Source: the human T2T-CHM13v2.0 reference genome, Homo sapiens. From it: DNA of 64,000 nucleotides. Where the stretch lies: the NCBI RefSeq assembly GCF_009914755.1, contig NC_060939.1. One strand, given 5' to 3'. Below the pieces are notes generated by a model. It made no database searches. It saw only the letters and a list, made by a program, of their open reading frames with translations, and was not told the DNA's origin. The position numbers and the translations under genes were made by a program. This document shows positions 1 to 17,345 of the stretch, one piece after another. The stretch's first letter is position 1. Every line of letters starts with the position of its first letter.

Positions 1-940
1 TATTTTATAGTGTTGCTCAAGCATTCTTTTTTTTGGTTGATCTGCAAAATTGTTCTATACATTTTGAAATTGAGATCTTGAAGTTTCCAAATACTGACTT
101 TTCTCCTTTTATTTGTCAATTTTTATATTTATTTTGATACTGTTTTTAGAAACATATGTTTATAATTATTTTATCTTCCTGATGTATTGACTTGTTATTA
201 CACAGTTTCTATGTGAGAAGGCATGTCTTCAACCTAAAGTTTTTTTAATCTTCTCCTCGCACAGAATCTTAACATGAGCTACAGGAGAGCTGAGTAAATT
301 CTCCTTTCTCAGGCACTATTCAGATTCTCAGGAATATTTCTGAGCTTTTAAAAGTTTCCTTTTGCCATCTAGTTTTCCTGGATTTACTCTTTCCTGGACA
401 GGCTCTTATTTTACGGCAACTGAAATCACAGCCTTAGGCAGCTGTGGTATTGGCAGCAGATTACTATTATTTTTGGTAAATGCCTTAAGGTTAGGACTTA
501 TTTTTTTTCTCCCTTGAGATGAGCTCTGAGAAAAATAACATAGAAACAATAACCTGGGAATAGAGATTTCCCTGGAAGCTTCTGATTAGAATAAAACATT
601 GTTCTCTCTGGGTGATTCATCCAAGCAGCTTCAAAAGAGGTAAGTACCCTCCATTAAATGTGAGGCTGCTGGCTTTTATTACTACTGCATCAATAAAGTG
701 GGTAGAGAAGGAAGTGGAATAGCCCCAAATTAAAAATTGTGAAAAGATAAAAAATTTTAAAAGCAGGCACCATTGTTTTATCATTTAGTAGTTGCTCTGG
801 GGTAGATGATTTTCAGTTCAAATCTGTAGTTTTGGTTAATTTCCAGAATTCTGAAGTGGTTAATTAGTAGTTTTGCCATTATTTTCATGGTTTTTTGAGG
901 ATGTTCACCAAAATTCTCACTGTGTCATCTTGGAAGTTAA
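1..940 (-). mobile_element. Ancient L1M-type fragments (ORF2 start, then 5' end)
   Basis: T-rich text resembling antisense L1 ORF2 at 1-200. The stretch ends in ...gtcatcttggaagt, typical of old L1M 5' ends read antisense. Confidence 0.55.
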
Positions 941-1079
941 TATTTATGTAGCCCCTGTACATTTCAGCTGAATAATGGACCTGAGGAAGAATACTGAGAG
1001 TTCACTGGGAGAACTATGTTCATTTTCAGGTTGCCTTTACATTATGAGAAACAGTTGTTTAAAAATGCCACCTGAAAGA

Positions 1080-2400
1080 CCAGGTTTTGCTGTAACAAAC
1101 AACTGAACACAACTGAAAATCTGTTTTTATAATTTAAACAGGTTAAAGACCTACTATTCTGCAAAACACTGCATCACTGTGTATGTAAAGATTAAGCCGA
1201 AATATGGATTTATTTATTTTCCAAGATGTTACACATAAGAAGCAGCTTGCTATTCTTGTATGCAAACAGAAAGTTAAAGTAGCAATTAGAAAAAAGATAA
1301 GTAAATACAGACCGACTAAATCTCTTTTCAGGAAAAAAGAACAAAACAAAAACAAAAACAAAAATCAAAACAATTGCCTTAAAAGGCTGTTGTAAGAGGC
1401 ACTGAAGGCGGGTGTGGTGGTTTATGCCTGTAATCCCAGCATTTTGGGAGGCCGAGGCAGGATAATGACTTAAGCCCAAGAGTTCAAGGGCAGCCTAGTG
1501 TGAGACCCTGTCTCTACAAAAATTAAAAAAACAAAAAAAGAAGTGCTGAGCAAGTTTAGGGTATTTAACTATAATGAGTTAACTTAGTGCTGATAGGATA
1601 TTCATGACCCCATGGTTGATTGAAATGAGCTTGCCTGCCACTTGAAGCTTTTTGTTCTTCAAAACAAGATTGACCAGCGGGTCCTAATGTTCTTAACACT
1701 GAAGATTTCTGGGGAGATTGAGTTCTTGTTACTCACTTAGCCACTCTTCCTTGTTTCTATCTCTGAGTCATACTCACTGTTTCTCCCTTGTAGATGTTGG
1801 GATTGCTTTCCAAACAATTCAGGTCCCTTTCTCAGGCATGCTTTTCAGTGCCACCCAAATTAGCCTCTATTCCATTTATAGTGCCTGTAACTGTTCTGTC
1901 TCCCTGATAATTACCTAATAATGAGTCAATAAAATTAAACCAGGCCTTGTTTAATATGTGACTATTTTGTATAGCTCCTTTCTTCTGGCTGTCTGACTGC
2001 TCTGCCCATTTTCAGTTTTGCAACTCAATTTAATTGTACAAGTTCAAGTCAAAATTTAGTGTTAGGCCACAGATAAGTTTCTGAACAAAAGCAGTATGAG
2101 GAATAAAGATAAATTGTCAACTGGAAGATGATCTTGGTTTTAAGTTAACTTGTCTTTCCCGACCATCAGTACCCTAAGAAGCCACTAGAGAGGATTAGCC
2201 CATGATTCACTTGCAATTCAATCACAGCTTGTCCCACATTTGCCTCTCATTTCATCTTTACTTTTGTAATCTTCTCTACTCTTCTCATTTTGTTTTCTAC
2301 GTTTACTCATGTTTTGCATAGGCCCACTTCTTTGCTTCATACAACTGAAATTCTACATCCAGAGCAGTTGATGGCATTGCTGGTGACATACCACTTAAAA
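1080..2400 (+). repeat. Upstream module of the ancient duplicated gene unit, copy 1 (contains an LTR16/33-like relic)
   Basis: Aligns by eye with 15803-16920 and 27440-28110. Example: atgagcttgcctgccacttgaa (1626) vs atgagcttgcctgacacttgaa (16137). gattcacttgcaatt occurs at 2204 and 16746. Confidence 0.85.
1407..1540 (+). mobile_element. Alu left monomer (FLAM-like)
   Basis: Single Alu arm with A tail; TSD-like aagaggcactga / aagaagtgctga. Confidence 0.9.
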
Positions 2401-2828
2401 AATCTTTCCAACAATTAACTGAGTTGAACAGAGTTGTCTTAGATAAGGCTTAGTATGGTAGACAGCTAAGGAACTCCCCCAGTGAAATTTTTTTTGCCAC
2501 CCAAGAGATTATAGTATTTAATTAAACTGGGATGCCATTTAATATCCATTTCCTTATTTTTGATACACAGCAAATATTTGCTTATCTTTTTACAATGTAT
2601 ATGAACCTTCCCAATTTAGGCATTATTTCAAAATGGTTTTACATCATTACAATATACTTACAAGTAGGTAGAAGATAAAGTTTGTTAAGGCAACGTTAAT
2701 CTTATCACTATGATCCCACTGTCTTTTTAAAAATAACTTACATATATTCTACAAGCTATAGAATTATTAAATTGTATGTGTGTTAATTTCTAGATAGTAA
2801 GTGCTTAAATTTTAAAATAAGCCTCAGA

Positions 2829-3040
2829 TTCATTCATATAATATGTATATGAATGAATCAAATCAGGATAATTGAGATATCCGTCACCTTAAACATTTAT
2901 CTTTTCTTTATGCTGATAACTTTCAGATTATTATCTTCTAGCCATCTTGAAATATATGATAGATTATTATTATCACACAATATCCTGAAAATATGTACAT
3001 CAATTATGTATCAATAAAAATAAACTATAAAAAGAAAATA
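2829..3040. mobile_element. Short 5'-inverted (twin-primed) L1MA 3' end
   Basis: Antisense L1 3'UTR at ~2850-2970 joined to a sense 3' tail with AATAAA and A-rich end. TSD-like aataagcctcaga / aataaccctcaga. Confidence 0.75.
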
Positions 3041-3239
3041 ATAACCCTCAGAATTTCAAATCATCCTTTTGCTTTTTTCATGTTATATTCCTGGATTCTA
3101 ATGAACAGCCTCAGTAAGATGCATAAACAGATCTGGAATGAGACATTAGAAATGAATTCAAATCTTAAAGCAAGGATCCTTTTTTGAGGAGAGATTGAGC
3201 ATACAGCATTAATAGTCCTATGGTTTAACTTTTGTCTTT

Positions 3240-6045
<2,806 letters not shown>

Positions 6046-6219
6046 TAGAAGTTATCCCAAGAGGTGGAGCAAGATGAAAGAATAGAAGGCTCCACTGATT
6101 GTCCCCCACACAAGGACACCAATTTAACAACTACCTACACAGAAAATATACTTTCATAAGAACCAAAGTTCAGGTGACACTCATAGTATCTGGTTTTAAC
6201 TTCATATCACTGAAAGAAG

Positions 6220-6851
6220 TGCAGTGGCATTGTTTTCTGGGATAAATACCTGGGATTCATCATCTCACGCCAAGGGAATCAAGGATGTGGACATAAGAAG
6301 TCGGTTTAGGAGTGCAGGTTTAATAGGCAGAAGAAAAAAGAAAACAGCTGTCTCTCCTGTGAAAGAGAGAGGCACCTGAATGGGACTTCCAGCCCACAGT
6401 GGGGTGCACCGGATTTTATAGACAGGCTTCAGGGGGTGGTGTCTGATTTACATAGGGTCCACAGATTGGTTGGACCAGGTGTGACATTTACACAGCCTGC
6501 AGGGAAGCTGGCCACCCCACCCCAATTTTATTATGCAAATGGGCTTTCCACTTGGCCAGCACCACATTATCTTCTCCCTACTGCACAGGTGGTTGGAAAG
6601 AAAAAGGGAAGATGGAGCCACCATCTCAAACATGGCTATTCCCAGGTAGCCGTTTCCTAGTGGCACAACTGCCAGCATTCACCCGTGAAAGCTTCCAGCT
6701 TGTTTGTCTATGTCTGTAGCTTGTTTTTACAGGCTGCTCTTTGTTAGAAAAGAAAATGATTTGGGGGCTGCTTTTCATTAAAGGAAAACCTTACTGAAGA
6801 CTTCATTTCTTCTTCACTATCTGCCTAAGTAATTTCTTAACTCCTATATCA
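6220..6851 (-). mobile_element. Solo ERV1 LTR (LTR9-like) inserted in the L1 5'UTR
   Basis: TG...CA termini; minus strand starts tgatataggagttaag; L1 sequence resumes on both sides. Confidence 0.8.
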
Positions 6852-9800
6852 GAGACACTGAGAGTAGCAGTCGTGAATCATGGATACCACCCCTCCCTCA
6901 TCCCTTAGTAGCAGCTGAATGGCATGGAGAGCATCTCTGGGCATTGGGGAGGGAGAACACAGCAATTGTGATGCACTGATCTCAGTGCTGTCATTTTAGA
7001 GCGAAAAGGAAAACCAGACCAAACACAGCTGATGCCCTCCCATGGAGGCAGCATTTACACCAATACTAGCCAGAGGGGTAATTTAAACCAGCCCTAGCCA
7101 CTGATCCCCACGGTCAGAACTTGAGTTCCCACAGTCCTTGCCACCAAGGGATATAGTGCTGTCTGTCTCCAAGTAAACTTGAAAGGCAGTCTAGATCATA
7201 AGGACTGCAACTCTTAGGTGAGTCTTAGTGCTGTACTAGGCTCAGAAACAGTGGAGGAGTGAAAAGTTCCTGAAAGCCCAGTGGCTCCACATGCGACATA
7301 CTGAGACACCAGCTGGGGCAGCCAAGGGAGTGTTGGCATCACCCCTTCCTTAACCCCAGGCTACAGAACTTGAAGCTCCAAAAGAGACCCCTTCCTTCCT
7401 CTTGAGGAGAGAAGAGGGAAGAGTGGAGAGGAGTTTGTCTTGCATCTTGAATGCCAGCTCAGCAACAGCAGGATAGGGCACCAGTCAGAGTAATGAGGTC
7501 CCAGTTTCAGGCCCTAGCTCCCAGACATTTTAAGCACCCTCTGGGCCACAAGGGAAGCTGCTGCTTTGAAGGAAAGGACCCAGTCCCAGCAGCATTTGTC
7601 ATCTGCTAATTGCAGAGCGCTTTGGCCCTGAACAACCAGCAGAGATACCCAGGTACTACATTGAGGGCCTTTGGTGAGCCTCTGAGACTTAATGGTTTCA
7701 GGTGAGACTTAGCACATTACCAGCTGTGGTGGCTATGGGGCAAAACTCCTTTTGCTTGAGAAAAGCAAAGGAAAAAGTAAAGGGGATTTTGCCTTGCACC
7801 TTAGGTGCCAGCATGGCCAAGAGGGGTAGAGTACAAAGTGGGCTCTTAGGGTCCCTGATTCAAGGATTTGACTCTTGGATGACATTTCTGGACCTGTCCT
7901 GGGCCAGATGGGAGCCCACTGACCTGAAAGATGAGTCCTAGGTAGCATTCACCACAAGCTGTCTTTAGAGCCATTGGGCCTTAAGGGAACATCATTGGTA
8001 GTCTGGCAGTACTCCTCCTGGCCTGCAGTAGTGGTGGCTACTGGGTGAGGCCCCTCTTCCATTGGAAAGAGGAGGAGAGAGTGGGAAGAACTTTCTCGTG
8101 GTTTGAGTGCCAGCTTAGCCACAGTAGAATAGAATGTTAGGCAGACTTCCAAGGTTTTTGACTCTAGTCCCTGACTCTTAGTTGATACCTCTGAACCTAC
8201 CTAGAGCCTGGGGTACCTCACCTTCCTGAAGGGTAGGACACAAGACTGGCTGACTTTGCCATCTGCTCATTGTAGAGCCCCAGGTCCTTGAGTGAACATA
8301 GGTGTTAGCCAGGGAATTGTTACAGCAGATCTTGCCAAGACCCAGTGCCTTACTGATTTCAGGTCTGACTCAGTGCAGTCATAGTGGTCATGGGAACAGG
8401 GATGCTTGTGTTATGTCTTCCCCAGCTTTAGGTGCTCAGAACAAAGAGAAAAAGAGAAAGAGGAAAAGAAACATTCTCTCTCTGGTAATCAAGATAATTC
8501 TCTCAGATGTTGTCCAAGACCATTAAGGTGGTACCTCTATGAGTCTGCAAGAACAACAATGTTACTGGGGCTTGGGGTGCCCCCTAAAGCAGATATAACT
8601 TAGATCACAACACCCAAGTCCTTTTAAATATCTGGAAAGCCTTCCCAGGAAGGACAGGTACAAATAAGCCCAGACAGCGAAGACTACAGTAAATACCTAA
8701 CTTTTCAATGCCCAGACATCGAAGAACATCTACTAGCATGAAGACCATTCAGAAAAACGACCTCAGCAAATAAAGTAGGTAAGGCACCAGGGAACAATCC
8801 TGGAGAAACAGGTAGGTGAACTTTCAGAGGCAGAATTCAAAATAGCTGTGTTGAGGAAACTCAAATACATTCAAGATTACACAAGAAATTCAGAATCCTA
8901 TCCTATAAATTTAACAGAGAGATTGAAATAAGAATCAAGCAGAAATTCTGGAGCTGATAAATGCAATCAGCATACTGAAAAATGCATCAGAGTCTTTTAA
9001 TAGCAGAACTGATCAAGCAGAAGAATTAGTGAGCTTGAAGACAGGCTATTTGAAAATACACAGAGCAGATAAAATTTTAAAAAAAATGAAGCATGCTTGC
9101 AGTATCTATAAAATAGCCTCCAAAGAACAAATCTAAGAGTTATTTGCCTTAAAGAGGAGGTAGAGAAAGAAAATAGGAGTATAAATTTTATTCAAAGGCA
9201 TAATAACAGAGAACTTCCCAAACCTAGAGAAAGATACTAATATCCAAATACAAGAAAGTTAAGGAACACCAAGCAGACTTAAACAAAAGAAGACTACCTC
9301 AAGGCATTTAATCGTCAAACTCCCAAAGTTCAAGGAAGGATCCTAAAAGCAGCAGGAAAAAAGGAACAAGTGATATATAATAGAACTCCTATACTTTTGG
9401 CAACAGACTTTTCATTAGAAACGTTACAGGCCAGGAGAGAGTGGCATGTTGTATTTAAAGTACCGAAAGAAAAAACTTTTACCCTAGAATAGTATATCTG
9501 GTAAAAATATCCTTCAAACATGAAGCAGAAATAAACACTTTCCCAGACAAACAAAAGTTGAAGGAGTTCATCAATACCAGACCTGTGCTACAAGAAATGC
9601 TAAAGGGAATTCTTCACTAAGAAAGAAAAGGATATTAATGAGCAACAAATAATCATCTGAAGGTACAAAACTCACTGGTTATAGTAACACACAGAAAAAC
9701 ACTGTTTTAGTTATAACACTGTAACTGTGGTATGTAAACTATTCTTATCCTAATTAGAAAGACTAAACAATGAACCAAATACAAATAAGTACAACAACTT

Positions 9801-12800
9801 TTGAAGACATAGTACAATAAGATAGACACAACAAAAAGTTAAAAATTGTGAGGACAAAGTTAAAGTGTAGAGTTTTTATTAGTTTTCTTTTTGATTGTTT
9901 ATGTAAACACTGTTAACTTGTTATCAGGTTAAAAATGAGTTGTAAGATAGTATTTGCAAACCTCATGGTAACTTTAAACCAAAGAAGATACAATGTAGAT
10001 ACAAAAAATGAAATGCAAGAAACTACATCTTATCACCAGAGAAAATCACCTTCACTAAATAAAGACAGGAAGGAAAGAAAGACAAAAGAGAAGACCAGAA
10101 AACAAACAACAAAATGGCAGGAGTTAAGTCCTTACTTATCAATAACGTTGAATGTAAATGGACTAAATTCTCTAATCACAAGACATAGACTAGCTGGATG
10201 GATTAAAAAAAACAAGCCCCATTGATCTGTTGCCTACATGAAACATACTTCACTTATAAAGACACACATAGGCTGAAAATAAAGGGATAGAAAAAGATAT
10301 TTCATGCCAATGGAAATCAAAAAAGCAGGAGTCACTATAATTGTATCAGAGAAAATACATGTCAAGATAAAAACTCTAAGAAGAGACAAGGTCACTATAT
10401 AATGATAAAGGGGTCAATTCACCAAGAAGATAGTACCCAGATATATAAACAAAATCTTATTAGAGCTAAACAGAGAGATAAGTCCCAATATACTATAGAC
10501 AAAATAGATCTAATAGCTATCTACAGATAATTTCATCCAAGAGCCACAGAATACACATTCTTTTTCTCAGCACATGGATAGGCCATACCTTAGGTCACAA
10601 AACAAGTTGAAAATATTAAAAAAACAAATTATATCAAGCATCTTCTCTGACCACAATGGAGTAAAACTAGAAATTAACGAGGAATTTTGGAAACTATACA
10701 AATACATGGAAATTAAATAATATGCTCCTTAATGGCCAGCAGGTTAATAAAATTGAGAAGGAATTTGAATAATATCACAATATACTGAAATCTATAGGGT
10801 ACAGCAAAAGCACTACTAAGAGGGAAGGTTACAGTTATAAAAGCCTACATCTGAAAAAGAGGAAAAGCTTCAAATGAACAATCTAATAATGCATCTTAAA
10901 GAACTAGAAAAGAAAAAGCAAACCCAAAATTAGTGAAGAAAAGAAATAATAAAGATCAGAGCAGAAATTAATGAAATTGCTATGAAAAAACAATAAAAAA
11001 GACCAATGAAACAAAAAGTTGTTGTTTTGAAAAGTTAAACAACATTGATAAAACTTTAGCCAGGCTAAGAAAAAACAGAAAATATTAAAATCAGAAGTAA
11101 AAAAGTTATCATTACAACTGATACTGCAGAAATTCAAAGGATTGTTAGTGGCTATTATGAGCAACTACACACCAATAAATTAGAAAATGTAGAAGAAAGG
11201 GGCAAATTCCTAGACATGTAAAACCTACCAAGATTGAACCATGAAAAAATTCAAAACCTGAACAGACCAATAAATAGTACACAATCAAAACCATAATAAA
11301 AAGTATCCCATAAAGAAAAGCTCAGGACTTGATGACTTCACTAGTGAATTCTATCAAACATTTGAAGGAAAACTAATACCAATCTTATTCAAACAATTCC
11401 AAAAAATAGAGGCGAGAATACTTCACACTTATTCTACTAGACCAGTATTATTGATACCAAAACCAAAGACACATAAAAAAACCCACTACATTTTGATGTA
11501 TTGAATGTTGATGCAAAAATCTTCAACAAGGTACTAGTAAACCAAATGTCACAATACATTAGAAAGATCATCATGACCAAGTAGGATAGATCCCTGGGAT
11601 GCAAGTATGGTTCACCATATGCAAATCAATGTGATAAGGACAAAACCCATATGATCATTTCAATTGATGCTGAAAAAGAAGTTGATAAAATCCACAGTCG
11701 TTTCACGACAATAAACCCTCATAAAACCGGGGATAGAAGGAACATACTTCAACATAATAAGAGCCATATATGACAGACCCACAGGTAGTATCATACTGAA
11801 TGGGAAAAAACTGAAAGCCTTTCATCTAAGATCTGGAAGAAAACAAGGATGCTCACTGTCACCACTGTTATTCAACATAGAACTTGAACTCCTAGCTAGA
11901 GCAATCAGACAAGAGAAAGATACAAAGGCATCCAAATTGGAAAGGAAGAAGTCAAATCATCTGGGTTTGCAAATAATAAGATATTTGATGAAAACTAAAG
12001 ACCTCATAAGAAAACGATTAGAACTGATAAATTTAGAAAACTTGCAGGATACAAAATTAACAAAAATCAGTAGCATTTATACCTGCCAACAGTGAACAAT
12101 GTAAAAAAGGAATTTAAAAAGTAATCCCATTTACAATAGCCACACATAAAATGGAATATCCAGGGATTAACTTAACCAAAGAAGTGAAAGATTTCTACAA
12201 TGAAAACTGTAAAACACTGAAATAATCAATTGAAGAGGACACCAAAAACTGGAAAAATTTTCCATGTTCATGGATTGGAAGAATCAATATTGTTAAAATG
12301 TCCATACTACCACAAGCAATCTGTAGATTCAATGTAATCCCTATCACAATACCAATGACATTCTTCACAGAAATAGAGAAAACCATCCTAAAATTTATGT
12401 GGAACCACAAAAAAACCAGAATAGCCAAAGCTTTCCAAAGCAAAAAGAACAAAACTGGAAGAATCACATTATCTGACTTCAAGTTATACTACAGAGCTGT
12501 AGTAACCAAAACAGCATGGTACTGGCATAAAAACAGACACACAGACCAATGGAACAGAATAAAGAATCCAGAAACAAATTCACACACCTATGGTGAACTC
12601 ATTTTCAACAAAGGTGCCAAGAATATGCACTGGGGAAAAGACAGTCTCTTCAGTAAACAGTGCTGGGAAAACTGGATAGCCACATGCAGAATGAAACTAG
12701 ATGTTTATCTCTTACTACATACAAAAATCAAAATGGATTGAGGACTTAAATCTAAGACCTCAAACTATGAAACTACAAGGAAAAGTTAGGAAATTCTCTA

Positions 12801-13819
12801 GGACATAGGTCTGGGCAAACATTTCTTGAGCAATACCCCATAAGCACAGGCAACCAAAGCAAAAATGGGCAAACGGGTTCACATCAAATTAAAAAGCTTG
12901 TGCACATCAAAGGAAGCAATCAACAAAGTGAAAAAACAACCTACATAATGGGAGAAAATATTCACAAACTACCCATCTGACAAGGGATTAATAACCAGAA
13001 TACGTGGTGCTCAAACTACTGTATAGGAAAAAAATCTAATAATCTGATACAAAAATGGGCAAAAGATTTGAATAGACATTTTTCAAAAGAAGACATACAA
13101 ATGGCAAACAGGCATATGAAAACGTGCTCAACATCATTGATCATCAGATAAATGCAAATCAAAACTACAATGAGATATCATCTCACCCCAGTTAAAATGG
13201 CTTATAACCAAAAGACAGGCTAGTGAGGATATGGAGAAAAGGGAACCCTCACTGTTAGTGGGAATGTAAATTAATACAACCACAGTTTGAAGTTTCTTCA
13301 AAAAACTAGAAATTGAGCTGCCATGTGATCCAGACATCCCATCCCTGGTATATACCCCAAAGAAAGGAAATCAGTAAACCAAAAAGATATTGGCACACCT
13401 ATGTTTGTTGCAGCACTATTTATATAATACCTGATTTGGAAGCAACCTGTGTCCATCAATAGATAAATGGATAAAGTATTGTGGTATATACACAATGGAG
13501 TACTATTCAGCCATAAAATAGAATGAGATCCTGTCATTTGCAACAACATGGAAGGAACTGGATATCATTATGTTAACCAAAATAAGCCAGGCACAGAAAC
13601 ACAAACATCGCATATTCTCACTTATTTGTGGGATCTAAAAATAAAAGCAATTGACCTCATAGACATAGAGAGTAGAAGGATGATTACTAGAGACTGGGAA
13701 GGTAGTGAGGGGCAGGGGAGAAGTGGGAATAGCTCGTGGGTACAAAAAGATAGTTAAAAAGAATGAATAAGACCTATTTCATAGCACAACAGGGTAACTA
13801 TAGTCATATATATAAGTAT

Positions 13820-14153
<334 letters not shown>

Positions 14154-14315
14154 TAGAGTGTGTAATTGGATTGTTTATAACTCAAAGGATAAATGCTTTA
14201 GAGGAATGAAACCCGTTCTCCATGGTCTGCTTATTTCACATTGCATGCCTGTTTAAAAACATCTCATGTACCCCATAAATATATACACCTAACATGTATC
14301 CACAAAAATTTAAAA

Positions 14316-14606
14316 TGAAATGATCCAGTTAGTATGTATATGGAAGGACAGACAAATTTTTAATATGTAAAGGTACATATTAGCAGTTCATTGAGCCAAG
14401 GAAAGGGTTAGGTACTGATTAAGTAGGGTGCACTTGACATTTAAGAACCACTGATGAGCTTGGAAACCTGTTGTCCAAATGCCATGATTACATTAGGGGG
14501 AAAGAGCTCAGATGATGCTGACATTGATTTTTCCGTAACTTTTTGCATTATATTGTCCATACTTGCAGACTTCAAATAAAAACTGTATATATAAAAGAAA
14601 AGAAAA
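14316..14606 (+). other. Putative L1 3'-transduced segment
   Basis: Non-L1 DNA after the L1 end, with AATAAA at 14575 and an A-rich tract at 14593-14606. It is followed by ttatccca, which matches the L1 5' flank (6052-6059). Confidence 0.6.
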
Positions 14607-14799
14607 CATTATCCCATGACCCAAGGGTATCTGCATGGTTTAGCTTACAGAGCCACCTATGTAGCTATGAATGCCTCAAATAACAAGACAGCTCTACAGA
14701 CATTCAGTACATTCCATACACTAGGATAACTTTCTATTAAATACATTCCATAGAAAACAGAGAACAGTTCAAACATACTGGTAACCCTTTGTGTTCAAA

Positions 14800-15370
14800 T
14801 TACTGTCTGTGAAGATTGGTGGTCTAATTTAATGAGCTCAAAACACATAAAAACCATGAATAAAAATATAATTTCTATGCAAGTAGATTGACTTCATTTA
14901 TACTTTCCAATTTCTGAGGTTATCACAGCTATTGGTTAATAAGAGATTTAGGAAGGAAAACATCCTGAAAGATACTTGAAAAGCTAGAATAATCTTCAGG
15001 TCACAGATGCTATAAAATATTGGAAGATACCCCACATTCTGCTCAGAGTAATTTCTCATACCACAGCTATCCCATGGTTATTCTGGCAGGTATAAATGCT
15101 CCATAATTGCATAAAGGGCACTGGGGATTTGGATTGGTAACTTGGTGTACAGCCGAAGTGACTAAGGTGGCTTTTCATGAAGTTGTATTTGTAGAGCAAG
15201 AACACATTTGGTTTATTAGAAGGATAATTTCAGGTAAGATTCTTCTACCGTTGCATAGTCACTCTTTGGAGCTGCCATTGTATGGGAATCAGAGGAATTA
15301 TTTTATATCTTAAAACAGTGTTTCTAGTTACCCAGACTCTAGAGTATCTTCCTTTAATTTTACTTCCATT
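14800..15370 (+). repeat. Downstream module of the duplicated unit, copy 1
   Basis: Aligns with 22385-22960. Shared words include tgtctgtgaag, taaaaatataattt, atcacagctattg, cttcaggt and ccagact..agagt. Confidence 0.85.
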
Positions 15371-15802
15371 TTCACCTACTCTTCCAATTTTAACGTGTTA
15401 AGACAGTGACAGTACCGAGACTCGGAGTTCCCAAATGCTGCCCAAAATAAGTACAGAATGTAGATTAGGAAGTGAGAACTATGTTGGAGGATGGACAAAG
15501 GGAAGATGGATGGACAAGAATGGAGAGACCAGGAGTAGGCAACATGATTTTTTAGGTTTCCCATACAATTCTTATGGTGGTACTTTATTTTTTAAGGTGT
15601 TTTCACCAAACAGGAAGAAGATATTAAAAGAAATTATTTCAGCTGGAGAGTGGACTTTGATCAAGAAAATAGTGGGCCTGGGGAAAAACATGTTAAGTTT
15701 GTTAGTTTGTTGGGATAACTATTTTTTTATTTTTTAAGAGAAATTGATTAGCAACTTTTAGATTTTTTTGAAAATGCTGTTTAAGGTCACCGTCCTAAAG
15801 GT

Positions 15803-17010
15803 CAGGTTTTGCTGGGACAAACAATTACATCTTAAGTGGCCATGAGTCTTTCTAAGCCAAACAGGTAACAAACTGGCAATTTTGTAGAACACTGCCTCCT
15901 ATTGTGTGTAGAGATAGGGCTAAGATATAGACTTATTCCTTTTCCAACGATGTTACACAAGGTGAGCCTTGTCATTATTATACTCATATGGAAGGTTGAG
16001 GTAGAAATTAGAAGCAGATAATAAATATTGACCCACTAAATCTCTTCTTAGGAGACAATGAAACATTTTAAGATATTTAAGAATGATGAATTAACTTAGA
16101 GTTGATAGAATATTTATTATGCCATGGTCCACTTGGATGAGCTTGCCTGACACTTGAATCTGTTTGTCCTTCAACACAAGACTGGTCAGTGGATCCTAAT
16201 GTCCTTAACATTGAAAGTTCCCAGGAACTTTGAACTCTGTTTGCTCACAGCGCCAGTCTTCATTGTCTCTTCTTCCCTGTCTTGTTCTCCCTGCTGCCAC
16301 CCCTGTGGCATCCTGGGATCACCTCCCAAGCCAATTATCTGCGTTCAGTTGTCTGTCTCAGGTGTCCTTTTCAATGCCTCCCAATTTAGTCACACAGTCT
16401 TTACTTCCCTTCTACAGCCTGTAAGTGTCTTGGCTTTCTGAGAAATTACCTGATGAAGAACCAATACATTAATCCAGGTTTTCCTTGCACTTTGTGTATT
16501 CTGTGTTGCTACTTGGTTTTCCCACTGGCTTCCTGACTACCCAAGTTCAATCTTTGTGTTGGCAGCTCAGTTTTTGTTTTACCAGTTCAAGCCAAAACTA
16601 ATATTGGACCATACATAAGGTTCTGAGAAAATGCTTTGTTATGAATAAAGATGTATAATTAACTGAATATCTCTCTGGATTTAAAGGATCCCTGTTTTTA
16701 CAACCTAGCAGTACCTTAACAAGCCACCAGGCACAACCAGCCCTTGATTCACTTGCAATTTAGTAAGTTCTTGTTTCACACCTCTCTCTCACTTTCTCTA
16801 CAATTACTTCCTTCGTTTTGGATTATTGGTTAATTAATCTTTGGCATGGCCCACTCCTTTGCTACCTACAACTGGAAATTTACACCTAGGGCAGTTAATG
16901 GCACTGATGCTGATGGACCAGACTATTGTCATCTTCCTAGAGAATACCACTAAGTTGATTGTCTCAGCATCCTGGAGAGTTAAGGAATTCATTGGTGAAA
17001 TGTGTGCCAC
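15803..17010 (+). repeat. Upstream module copy 2 (continues at 19750-19990 after the L1MB)
   Basis: caggttttgctg at 15803 vs 1081; further matches as for copy 1. ttataaccagt occurs at ~19977 and ~28355. Confidence 0.85.
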
Positions 17011-17019
17011 CCAACAGAA

Positions 17020-17345
17020 ATATACATATATACATACACATATGTGTATGTATATATGTATATATACATGTATGTATATACATGTATGTATATGTATGAT
17101 ACATGTATGTATATACATGTGTGTACATATACATGCATGTTATATATACATATGTATATACACATGTGTGCATATGTGTATATATACACACATATATACA
17201 TATATATGTACATATGTGTATATATACACACATATACACATATATATGTACATATGTGTATATATACACACATATGTACATATATATGTACACACACTAT
17301 ATATAGTAGAGAACACATATATACATAGTGTGTATTTGTGTGTGA
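17020..17345. repeat. (TA/CA/TG)n alternating purine-pyrimidine microsatellite
   Basis: Directly visible, at the tail of an antisense L1. Confidence 0.97.

Noticed and set aside
12298-12741. 147-aa ORF and other L1-like ORFs
   Set aside because: Fragments of decayed L1 ORF2/ORF1, not host genes or active elements.
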